DNA of 58,673 nt. Origin: Alphaproteobacteria bacterium. GTDB taxonomy: Bacteria > Pseudomonadota > Alphaproteobacteria > Bin95. The stretch's first letter is position 1. Each line of letters starts with the position of its first letter. Made by a program: the position numbers and the translations under genes. Where the stretch lies: contig JAJDVH010000011.1 in the NCBI GenBank assembly GCA_022826185.1, forward strand, positions 1 to 58,673, written 5' to 3'. Below the pieces are notes generated by a model. That model was not told the origin of the DNA, did not search any database, and worked only from the letters and a program-made list of their open reading frames with translations. Shown piece by piece: positions 35,663-45,955 of the stretch.

Positions 35663-36295
35663 ATGCTGATCGAGATCTTCTCCGACGTCATCTGCCCCTG
35701 GTGCTTCATCGGGCGCAGGCGGCTCGCCCGGGCGCTGGAAGCCCGGCCCGGCCTGGACCCGGTAATCCGCTGGCGGGCCTTCCAGCTGAATCCGGGAATG
35801 CCGCCGGAGGGCATGGCGCGGCAGGACTACCTCGCGCTGAAGTTCGGGGCGCAGGGCGGCGGACCGGTCTATGACCGCATCCGCGATACCGGCCGGTCGG
35901 AAGGCATCGAGTTCCGTTTCGACGCCATCGAACGCACGCCGAGCACGCTCGCCGCGCACAGGCTTATCCGCGAGTCCGGCGAACGGCAGACGAGAGTCGT
36001 CGACGCGCTCTTCGATGCGTACTTCCTGAATGGCGAGGACATCGGCGACAAGGGACAACTGGCGGACATCGCATCCCGCGCGGGCTGGGACCGTGATGAG
36101 GCGGAGACTTTCCTCGCATCGGACACCGCCGTCCAGGAAGTCCGGCAGGAGGACGCGCGGGCGCGCTCAATGGGTATCCAGGGCGTGCCCTGCTTCGTGG
36201 TGGACAGCCGCTATGCGATATCAGGCGCCCAGGAGCCGGAATATTTCACGCCCCTTTTCGACCTCGTGCAGAACGGCGAGGCCGCCGCGGAATAG
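35663..36295 (+). CDS. DsbA family oxidoreductase (FrnE-like)
   Basis: SDVICPWCFIG, GIQGVP and SGAQ motifs. Confidence 0.92.
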   Translation: MLIEIFSDVICPWCFIGRRRLARALEARPGLDPVIRWRAFQLNPGMPPEGMARQDYLALKFGAQGGGPVYDRIRDTGRSEGIEFRFDAIERTPSTLAAHRLIRESGERQTRVVDALFDAYFLNGEDIGDKGQLADIASRAGWDRDEAETFLASDTAVQEVRQEDARARSMGIQGVPCFVVDSRYAISGAQEPEYFTPLFDLVQNGEAAAE

Positions 36296-36343
36296 CCAGC
36301 CGCAATCGCAGCACATATCTTTTGCCCAAATGTCGAATGCGTC

Positions 36344-36372
36344 TTGCATTCGCAATTACAATGAATTATAAA
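36344..36372 (+). promoter_or_regulatory. Putative sigma70 promoter for the repeat-protein gene
   Basis: TTGCAT-N17-TATAAA in an AT-rich patch, with the -35 overlapped by a GAATGC-N5-GCATTC palindrome. Confidence 0.45.
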
Positions 36373-36559
36373 TCGATGGATGATGTCAGGAGCTCCGGAA
36401 CGAGGGTGGGGACCATGAGGCCGGCGTTTCTGTCTGCCGGGCCGGACGCGCGGCTTGCCGGCAAGTCAGCGTCGGTTGCCGCAGGCCGAGCGAAAACCGT
36501 TCGTCCCATTCCGCATGAACGGCTTACTTCGGCGTCCCGTTGTCGGCGATTTTAGGCTG

Positions 36560-37009
36560 ATGGAGACTTGGATCACACCGGCATTGCTCATTGCGCTGGC
36601 GGCGCTGATGGTCGGTATGATCCGGTCGCTTCGCGGCGACATGGACAAACGCATTGACGGCGTGCGGGACGAACTCGGCAACCGCATCGAAAGTGTACGG
36701 GACGAACTCGGCAACCGCATCGAAAGTGTGCGGGACGAGCTTGGCAACCGTATCGAAAGTGTGCATGGCGAACTCGGCAACCGCATTGACGGCGTGCGGG
36801 ACGAGATCGGCAACCGCGTCGAAAGCGTACGGGGCGATCTTGGCGGACGCATCGACAAGGTCGAACAGCGCATGGACCGGCTCGAGTCCGGTCTGGTCGA
36901 GGTGAAGGAAGGCCTCGCCGAGGTGCGGGGTGAACTCCGGTTCGTCCGCGACTACATTCTGCGCCGTAATTTGCCGTCGCAGGAGCCGCCGGCCGCACCG
37001 GCGGAGTAG
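36560..37009 (+). CDS. Membrane-anchored coiled-coil protein with 11-aa repeats
   Basis: N-terminal hydrophobic helix followed by six RI(E/D)(S/G)VRDELGN-type units. Confidence 0.75.
   Translation: METWITPALLIALAALMVGMIRSLRGDMDKRIDGVRDELGNRIESVRDELGNRIESVRDELGNRIESVHGELGNRIDGVRDEIGNRVESVRGDLGGRIDKVEQRMDRLESGLVEVKEGLAEVRGELRFVRDYILRRNLPSQEPPAAPAE
36650..36847 (+). repeat. Six 33-bp tandem repeats (coding)
   Basis: Unit CGCATCGAAAGTGTGCGGGACGAACTCGGCAAC with variants, six copies. Confidence 0.92.
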
Positions 37010-37066
37010 TTCGTTCGCCCCGGACCGCGAAGTAGCGGACAATCCCTCCGGGGGACCGTGCTGCGC

Positions 37067-40000
37067 CTACCCGCTTGCGATCGCGGCGAGGTCGCGCAAC
37101 AGGCGTTCCGTGCCGGCGATGCGCGCCGGTTCCTTCTCCCAGCTTCGGCCGATGACGAGCTTGTGGTCGGGCCTGAGCCTGACGGTGCCGGCCTGCCTGC
37201 CGATATAGTCGATCAGACCCGCCGGATTCGCGAAATCGCCTCCCCGGAACGAGACCACGGCGCCTTTAGGCCCGGCATCGACCTTTTCCACGCCCGCTTC
37301 CCGGCACAGGCGCTTGATGGCGACGATCCGCAGCAGGTTCTCCAGCTCGTCCGGCACCGGCCCGAAGCGGTCTATCAGTTCGGCCGCGAAGGCCTCCGTC
37401 TGCTCCCGGTCCTCCAGCGCGGCGATCCGCCGGTAGAGCGACAGCCTCACATTCAACTCCGCAACATAGCTCTCCGGAATCAGCACCGGCGCACCGAGGC
37501 CGATCTGCGGCGTCCAGGAGGTGTCCTCCTCCGTCTCGTCAGAGCCCGAGCGCGCCGCGGCGACGGCTTCCTCCAGCATGTGCTGGTAGAGTTCGATTCC
37601 GACCTCGCGGATATGTCCGGACTGCTCGTCGCCCAGAAGGTTGCCGGCCCCGCGTATGTCGAGATCGTAGCTGGCAAGCTGGAAGCCGGCGCCCAGCGTA
37701 TCCAGCGTCTGCATCACCCCAAGGCGTTTCTCGGCCGCCTTCGTGAGTTTGCGGCGTTCCGGCAACGTCAGATAGGCGTAGGCACGCAGCTTCGCGCGCC
37801 CGATACGGCCCCGCAACTGGTAGAGCTGCGCCAGGCCGAACATGTCCGCCCGATGGACGATCAGCGTGTTGGCCTCGGGGATGTCGAGGCCGGACTCGAC
37901 AATGTTCGTCGAGACCAGCACGTCGACCCGCCCGTCATAGAAAGCGCCGACCGCCTCCTCCAGCACGGCTGCCGCCATGCCGCCATGGGCGACGCCGATG
38001 CGCGCGTCCGGCATCATGGCCTTGAGGCGCTCGGTCACTTCCGGCAGGTCGCGCACCCTGGGACAGACATAGAAGCAGCGCCCTCCCCTCAGGAGCTCGC
38101 GCCGGACCGCCTCGCGGATCACCAGCGCGTCGAACGGTCCGACGAAGGTGCGCACCGCCAGCCGGTCCACCGGCGGCGTGGCGATCAGGCTCATCTCGCG
38201 CACGCCCAAAAGGGCAAGCTGGAGCGTGCGCGGGATCGGCGTCGCCGTCAGCGTCAGCACATGCACATCGCTGCGGTACTGCTTGAGCCGTTCCTTGTGG
38301 ACCACGCCGAAATGCTGCTCCTCGTCCACGACCAGCAGGCCGAGGCGCTTCATGCGGACCGACTTCGCCAGCAGCGCATGGGTGCCGATCACGATGTCCA
38401 GCCTGCCGTCGGCAAGGCGTTCCCTCACCTCGCGCGCTTCCTTGCCTGCGACAAGGCGGGAAAGTTGCCCGATCTCGACCGGCAGGCCCCGGAAGCGCTC
38501 CCGGAAAGTCTTGAAATGCTGGCGTACGAGCAGCGTCGTCGGCGCGACCACCGCAACCTGGAATCCGCTCATCGCCGCGATGAACGCCGCCCGGAGCGCC
38601 ACCTCCGTCTTGCCGAAGCCCACATCGCCGCAAATCAGCCGGTCCATCGGCCGGCCGGCCGACATGTCTTCCAGCACATCCTCGATGGCTTTCAGCTGGT
38701 CGTTCGTTTCCGGAAAGGCGAAACGCGCCGCGAATTCATCGTAGAGCCCGGCGGGAGGCAGCAGCGTTTCCCCGGGCCGGAGCATGCGTTCCGCCGCGAC
38801 CCGGATCAGCTGCTCCGCAAGCTCGCGAATGCGCTGCTTCATCCGGGCCTTGCGCGCCTGCCACTGGACGCCGCCCAGCCGGTCCAGCGCTACCGCACTG
38901 TCGGACGCGCCGTAGCGTGACAGGGTCTCGATATTCTCGACCGGCACGAACAGCCTGCCGTCGCCGGCATACTGGATGCGCAGGCAATCGTGCGGCGCGC
39001 CGGCGGCGGTTACCGTTTCCAGCCCCTCATAGCGCCCGATGCCGTGTTCGACGTGAACGACGATGTCGCCTTCGGCGATTTCGGAAAGCTCCTGCAGGAA
39101 GTCGCGCGCCCGGCGCCGTCCCCGCGCCCGGCTCGAAAGGCGTTCACCCAGAATGTCCTGTTCGGTGACGACCGCGAGGTCCGCGCTCTCGAAGCCGTGT
39201 TCCAGCGGCAGAACGACCGCGGCGAGCCGGTCGGGCGGCAGGCCGCCCAGCTCGCCGGCTGCCTCGACCGGCTGCGCCACCACCCCCTGCTCGCCCAGCA
39301 ATCCGGCAAGCCGGTCCCGTGAACCTTCGCTATAGGCCGCGAGCAGCACCTGCCGGCCCGCCGCCGCATGGGCCGCCAGCCGGTCTGCGACGGCGCCGTA
39401 GAGGTCGATATCGGGGCGCGCCCGCGCTTCGGAGAAATCGACTGCCGGCCTGGCTCCGGCATCGGGACCGTCCGCCGCCGCGGGCAGCAGCAACGCCGTC
39501 GGACGGCCCTGAAGGCACGCTTCCCAGCCTGCAGCGTCGAGATAAAGCCTGTCCGGGGAGAGCGGCCGGTATGGCGCCTCACCCGCCGGCGGGTCGCGCC
39601 GCGCCGCATAATGGTCCGCAATGGCCTCCAGGCGGACGTCCCGCGCCGCGCCCGCCTGCTCGTCCTCGGCCACGGCAGCGTCCGGCAGATAGTCGGCAAG
39701 GGTTTCGAGCGCGTCGCAAAAGAGCGGCAGCCAGTGTTCGATCCCGACAGCCCGCCGCCCTGCGGATACCGCTTCGTAGAGCGGGTCGTCGGCCGTTACG
39801 GCTCCGAAAGCCGCACGGTAGCCTTCGCGGAAGCGGGCAATGCTATCGCCGGTCAGCACGACCTCGCTCGCCGGAACGAGTTCGAAGCGTTCCAGCCGGT
39901 CGGTGCTGCGCTGGTCTATAGGGTCGAACCGGCGGATTTCCTCGATCTCGTCGCCGAACAGGTCGATCCGAAGCGGCGCGGCCTCGCCGGCCGGGAACAG

Positions 40001-40495
40001 GTCGACCAGCCCGCCGCGGACAGCATACTCGCCCGGCTCCATCACCGTCTCGGCGCGCTGATAGCCATGCCGCTCCAGAAAGGCGAGCAGCGCCTCCGTG
40101 TCCACGGCGCCGCCGGTTTCGCCTGCGAAGCGGCCTCCTGCGACTTCGGCGCGCGCCGGCACGCGCTGGAGAAAGGCGTTGGCGGTTGTCAGCAGGATGT
40201 CGGGCCGCGCCCCGTCCGCCAGCGCCGCCAGAGTTGCGAGGCGCTCCGCCACGATGTCGCTGCGGGGCGAATTACGGTCGTAGGGCAGGCAATCCCAGCT
40301 GGGGAACCGCAGCAGTTTCAGGCGCGGCGCGAAAAAGCCGAGCCAGTCGGCCATCCGCGCCATCTGCGCGTCGTCGCGCGAGATATGGATGACCGGCCCG
40401 TCGCGTTCAGCCATCGATGCCAGCACGCGCGCGTCGTGACCGGGCGGCGCACCGCCCAGGCGAGTCCGTCCCGCATGGCGCAGCGGCGGAATCAT
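37067..40495 (-). CDS. mfd: Transcription-repair coupling factor
   Basis: WDCLPYD, VVHVEHGIGRY, CGDVGFGKTEVA, DEEQHFGV, TATPIPRT and QLRGRIGR motifs plus a C-terminal TRCF domain. Confidence 0.97.
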   Translation of the reverse strand: MIPPLRHAGRTRLGGAPPGHDARVLASMAERDGPVIHISRDDAQMARMADWLGFFAPRLKLLRFPSWDCLPYDRNSPRSDIVAERLATLAALADGARPDILLTTANAFLQRVPARAEVAGGRFAGETGGAVDTEALLAFLERHGYQRAETVMEPGEYAVRGGLVDLFPAGEAAPLRIDLFGDEIEEIRRFDPIDQRSTDRLERFELVPASEVVLTGDSIARFREGYRAAFGAVTADDPLYEAVSAGRRAVGIEHWLPLFCDALETLADYLPDAAVAEDEQAGAARDVRLEAIADHYAARRDPPAGEAPYRPLSPDRLYLDAAGWEACLQGRPTALLLPAAADGPDAGARPAVDFSEARARPDIDLYGAVADRLAAHAAAGRQVLLAAYSEGSRDRLAGLLGEQGVVAQPVEAAGELGGLPPDRLAAVVLPLEHGFESADLAVVTEQDILGERLSSRARGRRRARDFLQELSEIAEGDIVVHVEHGIGRYEGLETVTAAGAPHDCLRIQYAGDGRLFVPVENIETLSRYGASDSAVALDRLGGVQWQARKARMKQRIRELAEQLIRVAAERMLRPGETLLPPAGLYDEFAARFAFPETNDQLKAIEDVLEDMSAGRPMDRLICGDVGFGKTEVALRAAFIAAMSGFQVAVVAPTTLLVRQHFKTFRERFRGLPVEIGQLSRLVAGKEAREVRERLADGRLDIVIGTHALLAKSVRMKRLGLLVVDEEQHFGVVHKERLKQYRSDVHVLTLTATPIPRTLQLALLGVREMSLIATPPVDRLAVRTFVGPFDALVIREAVRRELLRGGRCFYVCPRVRDLPEVTERLKAMMPDARIGVAHGGMAAAVLEEAVGAFYDGRVDVLVSTNIVESGLDIPEANTLIVHRADMFGLAQLYQLRGRIGRAKLRAYAYLTLPERRKLTKAAEKRLGVMQTLDTLGAGFQLASYDLDIRGAGNLLGDEQSGHIREVGIELYQHMLEEAVAAARSGSDETEEDTSWTPQIGLGAPVLIPESYVAELNVRLSLYRRIAALEDREQTEAFAAELIDRFGPVPDELENLLRIVAIKRLCREAGVEKVDAGPKGAVVSFRGGDFANPAGLIDYIGRQAGTVRLRPDHKLVIGRSWEKEPARIAGTERLLRDLAAIASG

Positions 40496-40749
40496 CCGGG
40501 CCGGGGCACCGAATCTATCAGGCGTGCGACGACAGGATCGTCCGGCGGCTCCGCCGCCCCGGTCATCCAGTCCATGATCTCCGGGTCGGACCGGGCCAGA
40601 AGCGCCTCGAAGCGGGTGAGGTCGTCCGCATCGAGAGCGTCGAGATTGGCGTCGGCAAAGGGGCCGAGCAGCAGGTCGGCCTCCTTCGTGCCCCGGCGCC
40701 AGGCCCGGAACCGCAGCCGTTTCCGTCTTGTTTCGAGCGGGTCCTGCAC
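40492..40749 (-). CDS. sdhE: Succinate dehydrogenase assembly factor 2 (SdhE)
   Basis: RKRLRFRAWRRGTKEADLLLG motif; lies between recG and mfd. Confidence 0.88.
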   Translation of the reverse strand: MQDPLETRRKRLRFRAWRRGTKEADLLLGPFADANLDALDADDLTRFEALLARSDPEIMDWMTGAAEPPDDPVVARLIDSVPRPG

Positions 40750-40819
40750 GGCTTCGCTCCTCCCCCGGACGGGGTGTATAAATTGCCGGCCGAGCGATGT
40801 CAGCCACAGAGACGGGGCG

Positions 40820-42904
40820 TTGCGACCCGAAATCCTGTTTCCCCTGTTCCAGCCGGTCACGACGATCCCGGGTGTCGGGCCGCGTATCGCCGGCCTGATC
40901 GCCAGGGTTGCGGGGCCGCGCAAGATCGACCTCTGCTTCAAGCTGCCCACGGGACTCGTGGACCGGCGGTTCTCGCCCTCTGTCGCCGAGGCGCCGGACG
41001 GGCGCATCGCCACTTTCACCCTTGTCGTGGAGGAGCACCGCCCGCCCCCGCCCCGCACCCGCCTGCCCTACAAGGTCCGCTGCCGGGACGAAACCGGCGC
41101 GCTCGACCTCGTCTTCTTCAACGCGCGCCCCGACTATCTGGCTTCGGCGCTTCCGGTCGGCGAAAAGCGGGTCGTGAGCGGGCTGGTCGAGTGGTATCGC
41201 GCCGCTCCGCAAATGGCGCATCCCGATGTGATCGAGCGGCCGGAGCGCTGGACCCCGGCGATGGCGGTCGAGCCCGTCTATCCGTCGACACAGGGGCTCG
41301 GCCCGAGGATTTACCGCCGCGCCGTAACCGCCGCGCTCGATGCGGCCGCCGAACTGCCGGAGTGGCAGTCGCCATCGATGCTGGCCCGCGAGACATGGCC
41401 TGCATGGCGGGAGGCGCTTCTCGGCGCACACCGTCCCGAGGACGCGGGCGGCGTGTCGCCCGGCCACCCCGCCCGGCGACGCCTCGCCTATGACGAATTG
41501 CTGGCCAGCCAGCTCGCCATGGCGCTGGTGCGCCACCATCAACGGCGCAGCGCTGCGCGGCCCCTCTCCCTGGGCGGACCCGCTTTCACGGCTGTCGAGT
41601 CGCATTTGCCGTTCGCCCTGACGGGGGCGCAGCGCCAGGCTCTGGCGGAGATCGGCGGCGACCTGTCCTCCGGGCAGCGCATGATGCGCCTGCTGCAGGG
41701 GGATGTCGGCAGCGGCAAGACGGTCGTTGCCGCGCTCGCCGCTGCAGCCGCACACGATGCCGGCGGCCAGACGGCTATCATGGCGCCGACGGAAATCCTC
41801 GCCCGGCAGCATTTCGAAACCCTGTCAGCGATTCTGGCGCCCGCCGGGATAGAGGTCGGCCTGTTGACGGGCCGGGGCCGGGCGGGGTCCCGTCGAGGCG
41901 TGCTGGCGGCGCTGGCTTCCGGCGCGTTGCCCGTTGCTGTCGGAACCCACGCGCTGTTTCAGGAGAGGGTCGCCTTTGCCGACCTGCGCTTCGCCGTCAT
42001 CGACGAACAGCATCGTTTCGGCGTGGAGCAACGCCTGGCGCTGACCGACAAGGGCCGGGATGTACACACTCTCGCCATGACAGCGACGCCCATTCCGCGG
42101 ACCCTGCTGATGACGGCCTATGGCGACCTCGACACGTCGCGCCTCGACGAAAAGCCGCCCGGTCGCAAGCCCGTCGAGACGCGCGTGCTGCGCATGGGAC
42201 AGATCGACCGCGTCGTGGAGCGCATCGGCGCTGCGATTGCCGCCGGGCGGCGCGCCTATTGGGTCTGCCCGCTCGTGGAAGAAAGCGACACGACCGACGC
42301 TGCGGCTGCCGAAGCGCGCTTTGCGGAACTGGCGCCCGTGTTCGGAGACCGGGTGGCGCTCATTCACGGGCGCATGGCGGCGGACCGGAAAGCGGCCGCC
42401 ATGACGGGGTTTGCGGAAGGAACCGCAAGCCTGCTCGTCGCCACGACGGTAATCGAGGTCGGCGTCGACGTTCCGGCAGCGGACATCATGGTCATCGAAC
42501 AGGCCGAGCGGTTCGGTCTTGCGCAGCTGCACCAGCTCCGCGGACGCATCGGACGCGGGGGCCAGACCGGCGCCTGCCTGCTGCTCTACGGCGAACCGCT
42601 CGGACAGGCGGCGGAAAAACGCCTGAGACTCCTCAGGGAATGCGACGACGGGTTCCGGATCGCAGAGGCCGACCTCGAACTGCGGGGCGCCGGCGAACTG
42701 CTGGGCACGCGGCAGAGCGGGCTGCCGGCTTTCCGCATCGCCGATCTCGACGAACATGGCGACATGCTGCGGATGGCCCGCGACGAGGCGCGCCTGATCG
42801 TGGATCGGGACCCCGACCTTTCCGGACCGCGCGGCGAGGCGCTGCGGACTTTGCTCTATCTCTTCGAGCGCGATGCCGGGGTCAGGCTGCTGCGCTCCGG
42901 CTGA
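40820..42904 (+). CDS. recG: ATP-dependent DNA helicase RecG
   Basis: LQGDVGSGKT, DEQHRFGV, TATPIPRT, QLRGRIGRG and QSG motifs. TTG start (LRPEILFPLF). Confidence 0.96.
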   Translation: MRPEILFPLFQPVTTIPGVGPRIAGLIARVAGPRKIDLCFKLPTGLVDRRFSPSVAEAPDGRIATFTLVVEEHRPPPPRTRLPYKVRCRDETGALDLVFFNARPDYLASALPVGEKRVVSGLVEWYRAAPQMAHPDVIERPERWTPAMAVEPVYPSTQGLGPRIYRRAVTAALDAAAELPEWQSPSMLARETWPAWREALLGAHRPEDAGGVSPGHPARRRLAYDELLASQLAMALVRHHQRRSAARPLSLGGPAFTAVESHLPFALTGAQRQALAEIGGDLSSGQRMMRLLQGDVGSGKTVVAALAAAAAHDAGGQTAIMAPTEILARQHFETLSAILAPAGIEVGLLTGRGRAGSRRGVLAALASGALPVAVGTHALFQERVAFADLRFAVIDEQHRFGVEQRLALTDKGRDVHTLAMTATPIPRTLLMTAYGDLDTSRLDEKPPGRKPVETRVLRMGQIDRVVERIGAAIAAGRRAYWVCPLVEESDTTDAAAAEARFAELAPVFGDRVALIHGRMAADRKAAAMTGFAEGTASLLVATTVIEVGVDVPAADIMVIEQAERFGLAQLHQLRGRIGRGGQTGACLLLYGEPLGQAAEKRLRLLRECDDGFRIAEADLELRGAGELLGTRQSGLPAFRIADLDEHGDMLRMARDEARLIVDRDPDLSGPRGEALRTLLYLFERDAGVRLLRSG

Positions 42905-44124
42905 AACCGCCGTTCGAACCGCGCCCGGTCCGCCTGGTCGAGCGCGACCGTGAGCGACACCCGGTCGTTGTCGTCCTGGCGGCGTTGCACATCGCCGTGC
43001 CGATAGAGCCAGGCGATCGCGGCCCCGTCGCCGGACGGCAAGACGAACTCGCATACCCTCTGCGAGCGTGCGAGCTCCTCATCCACGGCGCTCAACAGGT
43101 TTTCGATCCCCTCCCCGGTGATCGCCGACACCGGGATGCCGGCGCCGTTCGAAGGCGGCGCATCGAGCAGGTCGATCTTGTTCCACAGTTCGATCCGGGG
43201 CGTGCGATGCGCGTCCAGTTCGTCCATGACGAGATCGACATCGTGCTTCTGCGCGGCGGTGTCGGGGTCGGCGATATCCCGGACATGCACGATCAGGTCC
43301 GCCTCGACCACCTCTTCCAGCGTCGCCCGGAACGCGGCGACAAGCTGTGTCGGCAGGTCCGATATGAACCCCACCGTGTCGGAGAGGATCGCCCGCCGCC
43401 CGGACGGCAGGTCGATGCCGCGCATGGTCGGATCCAGCGTCGCGAAAAGCTGGTCCTGCGCAACAACGCCGCTGCCGGTCAGGCGGTTGAAGAGCGTGGA
43501 CTTGCCGGCATTGGTGTATCCGACCAGCGCGACGACCGGAAACGGCACGCGCCTGCGGGCGCGGCGCTGGATGCCCCGGGTGCGGCGGACGTCCTCCAGC
43601 TGGCGTTTCAGCTTGACGATTTTTTCGTCGATCAGCCTGCGGTCGATCTCTATCTGGGCTTCGCCCGGCCCGCCGAGGAAGCCCGCGCCGCCGCGCTGGC
43701 GCTCTAGATGCGTCCAGGACCGGACGAGGCGGGTGCGCTGATAGCTGAGCGCGGCCAGATCCACCTGCAACACGCCTTCCCGCGTGCGCGCCCGGGCGCC
43801 GAATATCTCCAGAATGAGCCCCGTGCGGTCGATGACCTTGGCGTCCCAGGCCCGCTCCAGATTGCGTTGCTGCACCGGGGTCAGCGCGCCGTCCACGACG
43901 ACCAGTCCGGCTTCCTTCTCGGCCAGCGCATCCTTCACATCGTCTATCGCGCCGTTGCCGAGCAGGGTCGCCGGACGCGGCCGGGCAAGGCGCGCGATGC
44001 GCGTCGCCGCGACCGCGACGCCTATCGACTCCGTCAGCCTGACGGCTTCCGCGAGACGCGCCTCCGGCGCTCTCAGGGCATCCTTGCGGACAACCGGGTG
44101 GACAACGAGCGCTGCTTCGTTCAA
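42856..44124 (-). CDS. hflX: GTPase HflX
   Basis: [34 protein letters not shown] and NKID motifs. TTG start overlaps the hfq stop. Confidence 0.95.
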   Translation of the reverse strand: MNEAALVVHPVVRKDALRAPEARLAEAVRLTESIGVAVAATRIARLARPRPATLLGNGAIDDVKDALAEKEAGLVVVDGALTPVQQRNLERAWDAKVIDRTGLILEIFGARARTREGVLQVDLAALSYQRTRLVRSWTHLERQRGGAGFLGGPGEAQIEIDRRLIDEKIVKLKRQLEDVRRTRGIQRRARRRVPFPVVALVGYTNAGKSTLFNRLTGSGVVAQDQLFATLDPTMRGIDLPSGRRAILSDTVGFISDLPTQLVAAFRATLEEVVEADLIVHVRDIADPDTAAQKHDVDLVMDELDAHRTPRIELWNKIDLLDAPPSNGAGIPVSAITGEGIENLLSAVDEELARSQRVCEFVLPSGDGAAIAWLYRHGDVQRRQDDNDRVSLTVALDQADRARFERRFQPERSSLTPASRSKR

Positions 44125-44369
44125 GCGGAATCGTCTTCGCGGTCGAAGAGATTGACCGGCGTCGAGGGCATGATGGTCGAGATCGCGTGCTTGTACACCA
44201 GTTGCGAATGCCCGTCGCGGCGCAACAGCACCGAGAAATTGTCGAACGAGACCACCAGGCCCTGCAATTTCACCCCGTTGACGAGGAACACCGTAACCGG
44301 CGATTTCGCTTTCCGGATATGGTTGAGGAAGTGGTCCTGAAGATTCCTGTTCTTCTGGGCAGACGACAT
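44121..44369 (-). CDS. hfq: RNA chaperone Hfq
   Basis: [18 protein letters not shown] and [11 protein letters not shown] motifs. Confidence 0.97.
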   Translation of the reverse strand: MSSAQKNRNLQDHFLNHIRKAKSPVTVFLVNGVKLQGLVVSFDNFSVLLRRDGHSQLVYKHAISTIMPSTPVNLFDREDDSA

Positions 44370-44442
44370 CGGCCTTGACCCCGGTTCCACGCATCGAAAG
44401 CTGCCCGCCGCCACCGGGAGCGCCGCAGCTTCCCTTGTTCTT

Positions 44443-45075
44443 CTAATTGATGCGGTGCGAGAATGCGACAAGGTCCGGGATTGCGGCCAGACTGTCGCAG
44501 CGCGCATCGGCGCTCAGCTCCAATGCAGGCCCGCCGGCGTAAGGCACGATTGCCGAGCGCAGGCCGGCATTGCGCGCCGCGCGTATGTCGGTATCCGAAT
44601 CCCCGACCAGCCACTGTCCCGCCCGGCCGCCCAGAGCCGTCCTGACCGGCGCGGCATCCGGCTTGTCGCGGCAGGCGTCCCCCGCGCCCACCAGGGCCTC
44701 GAACCGGCCGGTCCAGCCGAGACGGTCGGCCTCGCGCCGAAGATAGGCGCCGTTCTTGTTCGACACGACCGCTACGGGAAATCCGGCCGCTTCCAGACGG
44801 TCCAGGCAGGACTCCGCCCCGGGCAGAAGCGTCAGCGCTTCCAGATGGCGCGCTTCGAACGCGGCGTAGAACGTGTCGTTTGCCCTCCGCCAATCCGCCC
44901 CGAACATCTTCGGAAAACTCTCGCGGCCCGAGCGCGAAACATGCTGCATCGTTTCGACGAAGGTCCAGGGCTCCAACCCGAACGACTCGCGCGCGATGCC
45001 GAGCGCCTCATGAATGACCGGCCAGTTGTCTACAAGTGTCCCGTCCCAGTCGAAAAGGACGATGGGCCGCGTCAT
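44443..45075 (-). CDS. HAD family hydrolase (phosphoglycolate phosphatase-like)
   Basis: [15 protein letters not shown] and GDSDTD motifs. Confidence 0.9.
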   Translation of the reverse strand: MTRPIVLFDWDGTLVDNWPVIHEALGIARESFGLEPWTFVETMQHVSRSGRESFPKMFGADWRRANDTFYAAFEARHLEALTLLPGAESCLDRLEAAGFPVAVVSNKNGAYLRREADRLGWTGRFEALVGAGDACRDKPDAAPVRTALGGRAGQWLVGDSDTDIRAARNAGLRSAIVPYAGGPALELSADARCDSLAAIPDLVAFSHRIN

Positions 45076-45935
45076 GCAGCGGCGTCCCCCTGCTCCATAT
45101 AGCGCGCATAGACCTCAAACAGGGCGCGGGCGGTCGAGCCGGGCTTGCCGTTGCCGATCACAGCTTCGTCTATCCTTACAACCGGCGTCACGTAGGAGGT
45201 CGCGCTGGTCACGAAGGCTTCGCGGGCCCTTCTGGCCTCCTCGATGGTGAAACGCCGTTCGGCGAAGGAAAGGCCCAGGCTCTCGGCCAGTTTCACGATG
45301 GTCCCGCGCGTGACGCCTGCGAGAATTCCATGGTCGAGTTCGCGGGTGAGCAGTTCTCCGCCGGGTGTCACGATCCAGACATTGGTCGAGCCGCCTTCCG
45401 TGACGAATCCCTGCTCGTCCACGAACACAGCCTCGTAAGCCCCGGCCTCTCGCGCAGTCTGCTTGGCCAGGACATTCGGCAGCAGGGAGACCGACTTGAT
45501 ATCGCAGCGCTTCCAGCGATTGTCCGGCACGGAGACGGTATCGACGCCCGTTTCCAGGATTCCCGGATCAGGCGGCGGTCTGCGGCTTCCCGTCACTACC
45601 AGAGCGGTTTCGGATTCAGCAGGAAACGGATGGTCCCGGCGGGCGACGCCGCGCGTTGCCTGGAGATATATAATTCCATTGTTTATGCGGTTTCGACGCT
45701 TTATTTCACTCAACACATGAGTAAGAGCGGATCGGCCCATCGGCGGCTCGATCCTCAGCTCGCGCAGCGAGCGGTCGAGCCGGTCGAGATGCGGGCCGGC
45801 ATCGACGAACCGGCCGGCGCGCACGGTAATGACCTCGTAAACGCCGTCGGCGAACTGGTAGCCGCGATCCTCCACATGCACCGCCGCCTCCCGGTGCGGC
45901 ACATAGCGGCCATTCACATAGGCTATTCTGGCCAA
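45072..45935 (-). CDS. dat: D-amino-acid transaminase (PLP class IV)
   Basis: EDRGYQFADGVYEV, RCDIKSVSLLPN, TEGGSTN and ILAGVTR motifs. Confidence 0.88.
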   Translation of the reverse strand: MARIAYVNGRYVPHREAAVHVEDRGYQFADGVYEVITVRAGRFVDAGPHLDRLDRSLRELRIEPPMGRSALTHVLSEIKRRNRINNGIIYLQATRGVARRDHPFPAESETALVVTGSRRPPPDPGILETGVDTVSVPDNRWKRCDIKSVSLLPNVLAKQTAREAGAYEAVFVDEQGFVTEGGSTNVWIVTPGGELLTRELDHGILAGVTRGTIVKLAESLGLSFAERRFTIEEARRAREAFVTSATSYVTPVVRIDEAVIGNGKPGSTARALFEVYARYMEQGDAAA

Positions 45936-45955
45936 GACGGTTCCCTTTCCTGCTT

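Noticed and set aside
36650-36847. 33-bp repeats as a CRISPR array
   Set aside because: No spacers, in-frame coding with synonymous variation, and no cas genes.
37067-42904. Apparent 1581-aa Mfd and 1178-aa RecG with overlapping N-terminal extensions
   Set aside because: The extensions are stop-free antisense of the neighbouring gene. The real starts are near 40495 and 40820, with sdhE between them.
42856-42904. 49-bp convergent overlap of recG and hflX
   Set aside because: Short 3' overlaps are common in compact GC-rich genomes, and nothing else suggests a function.
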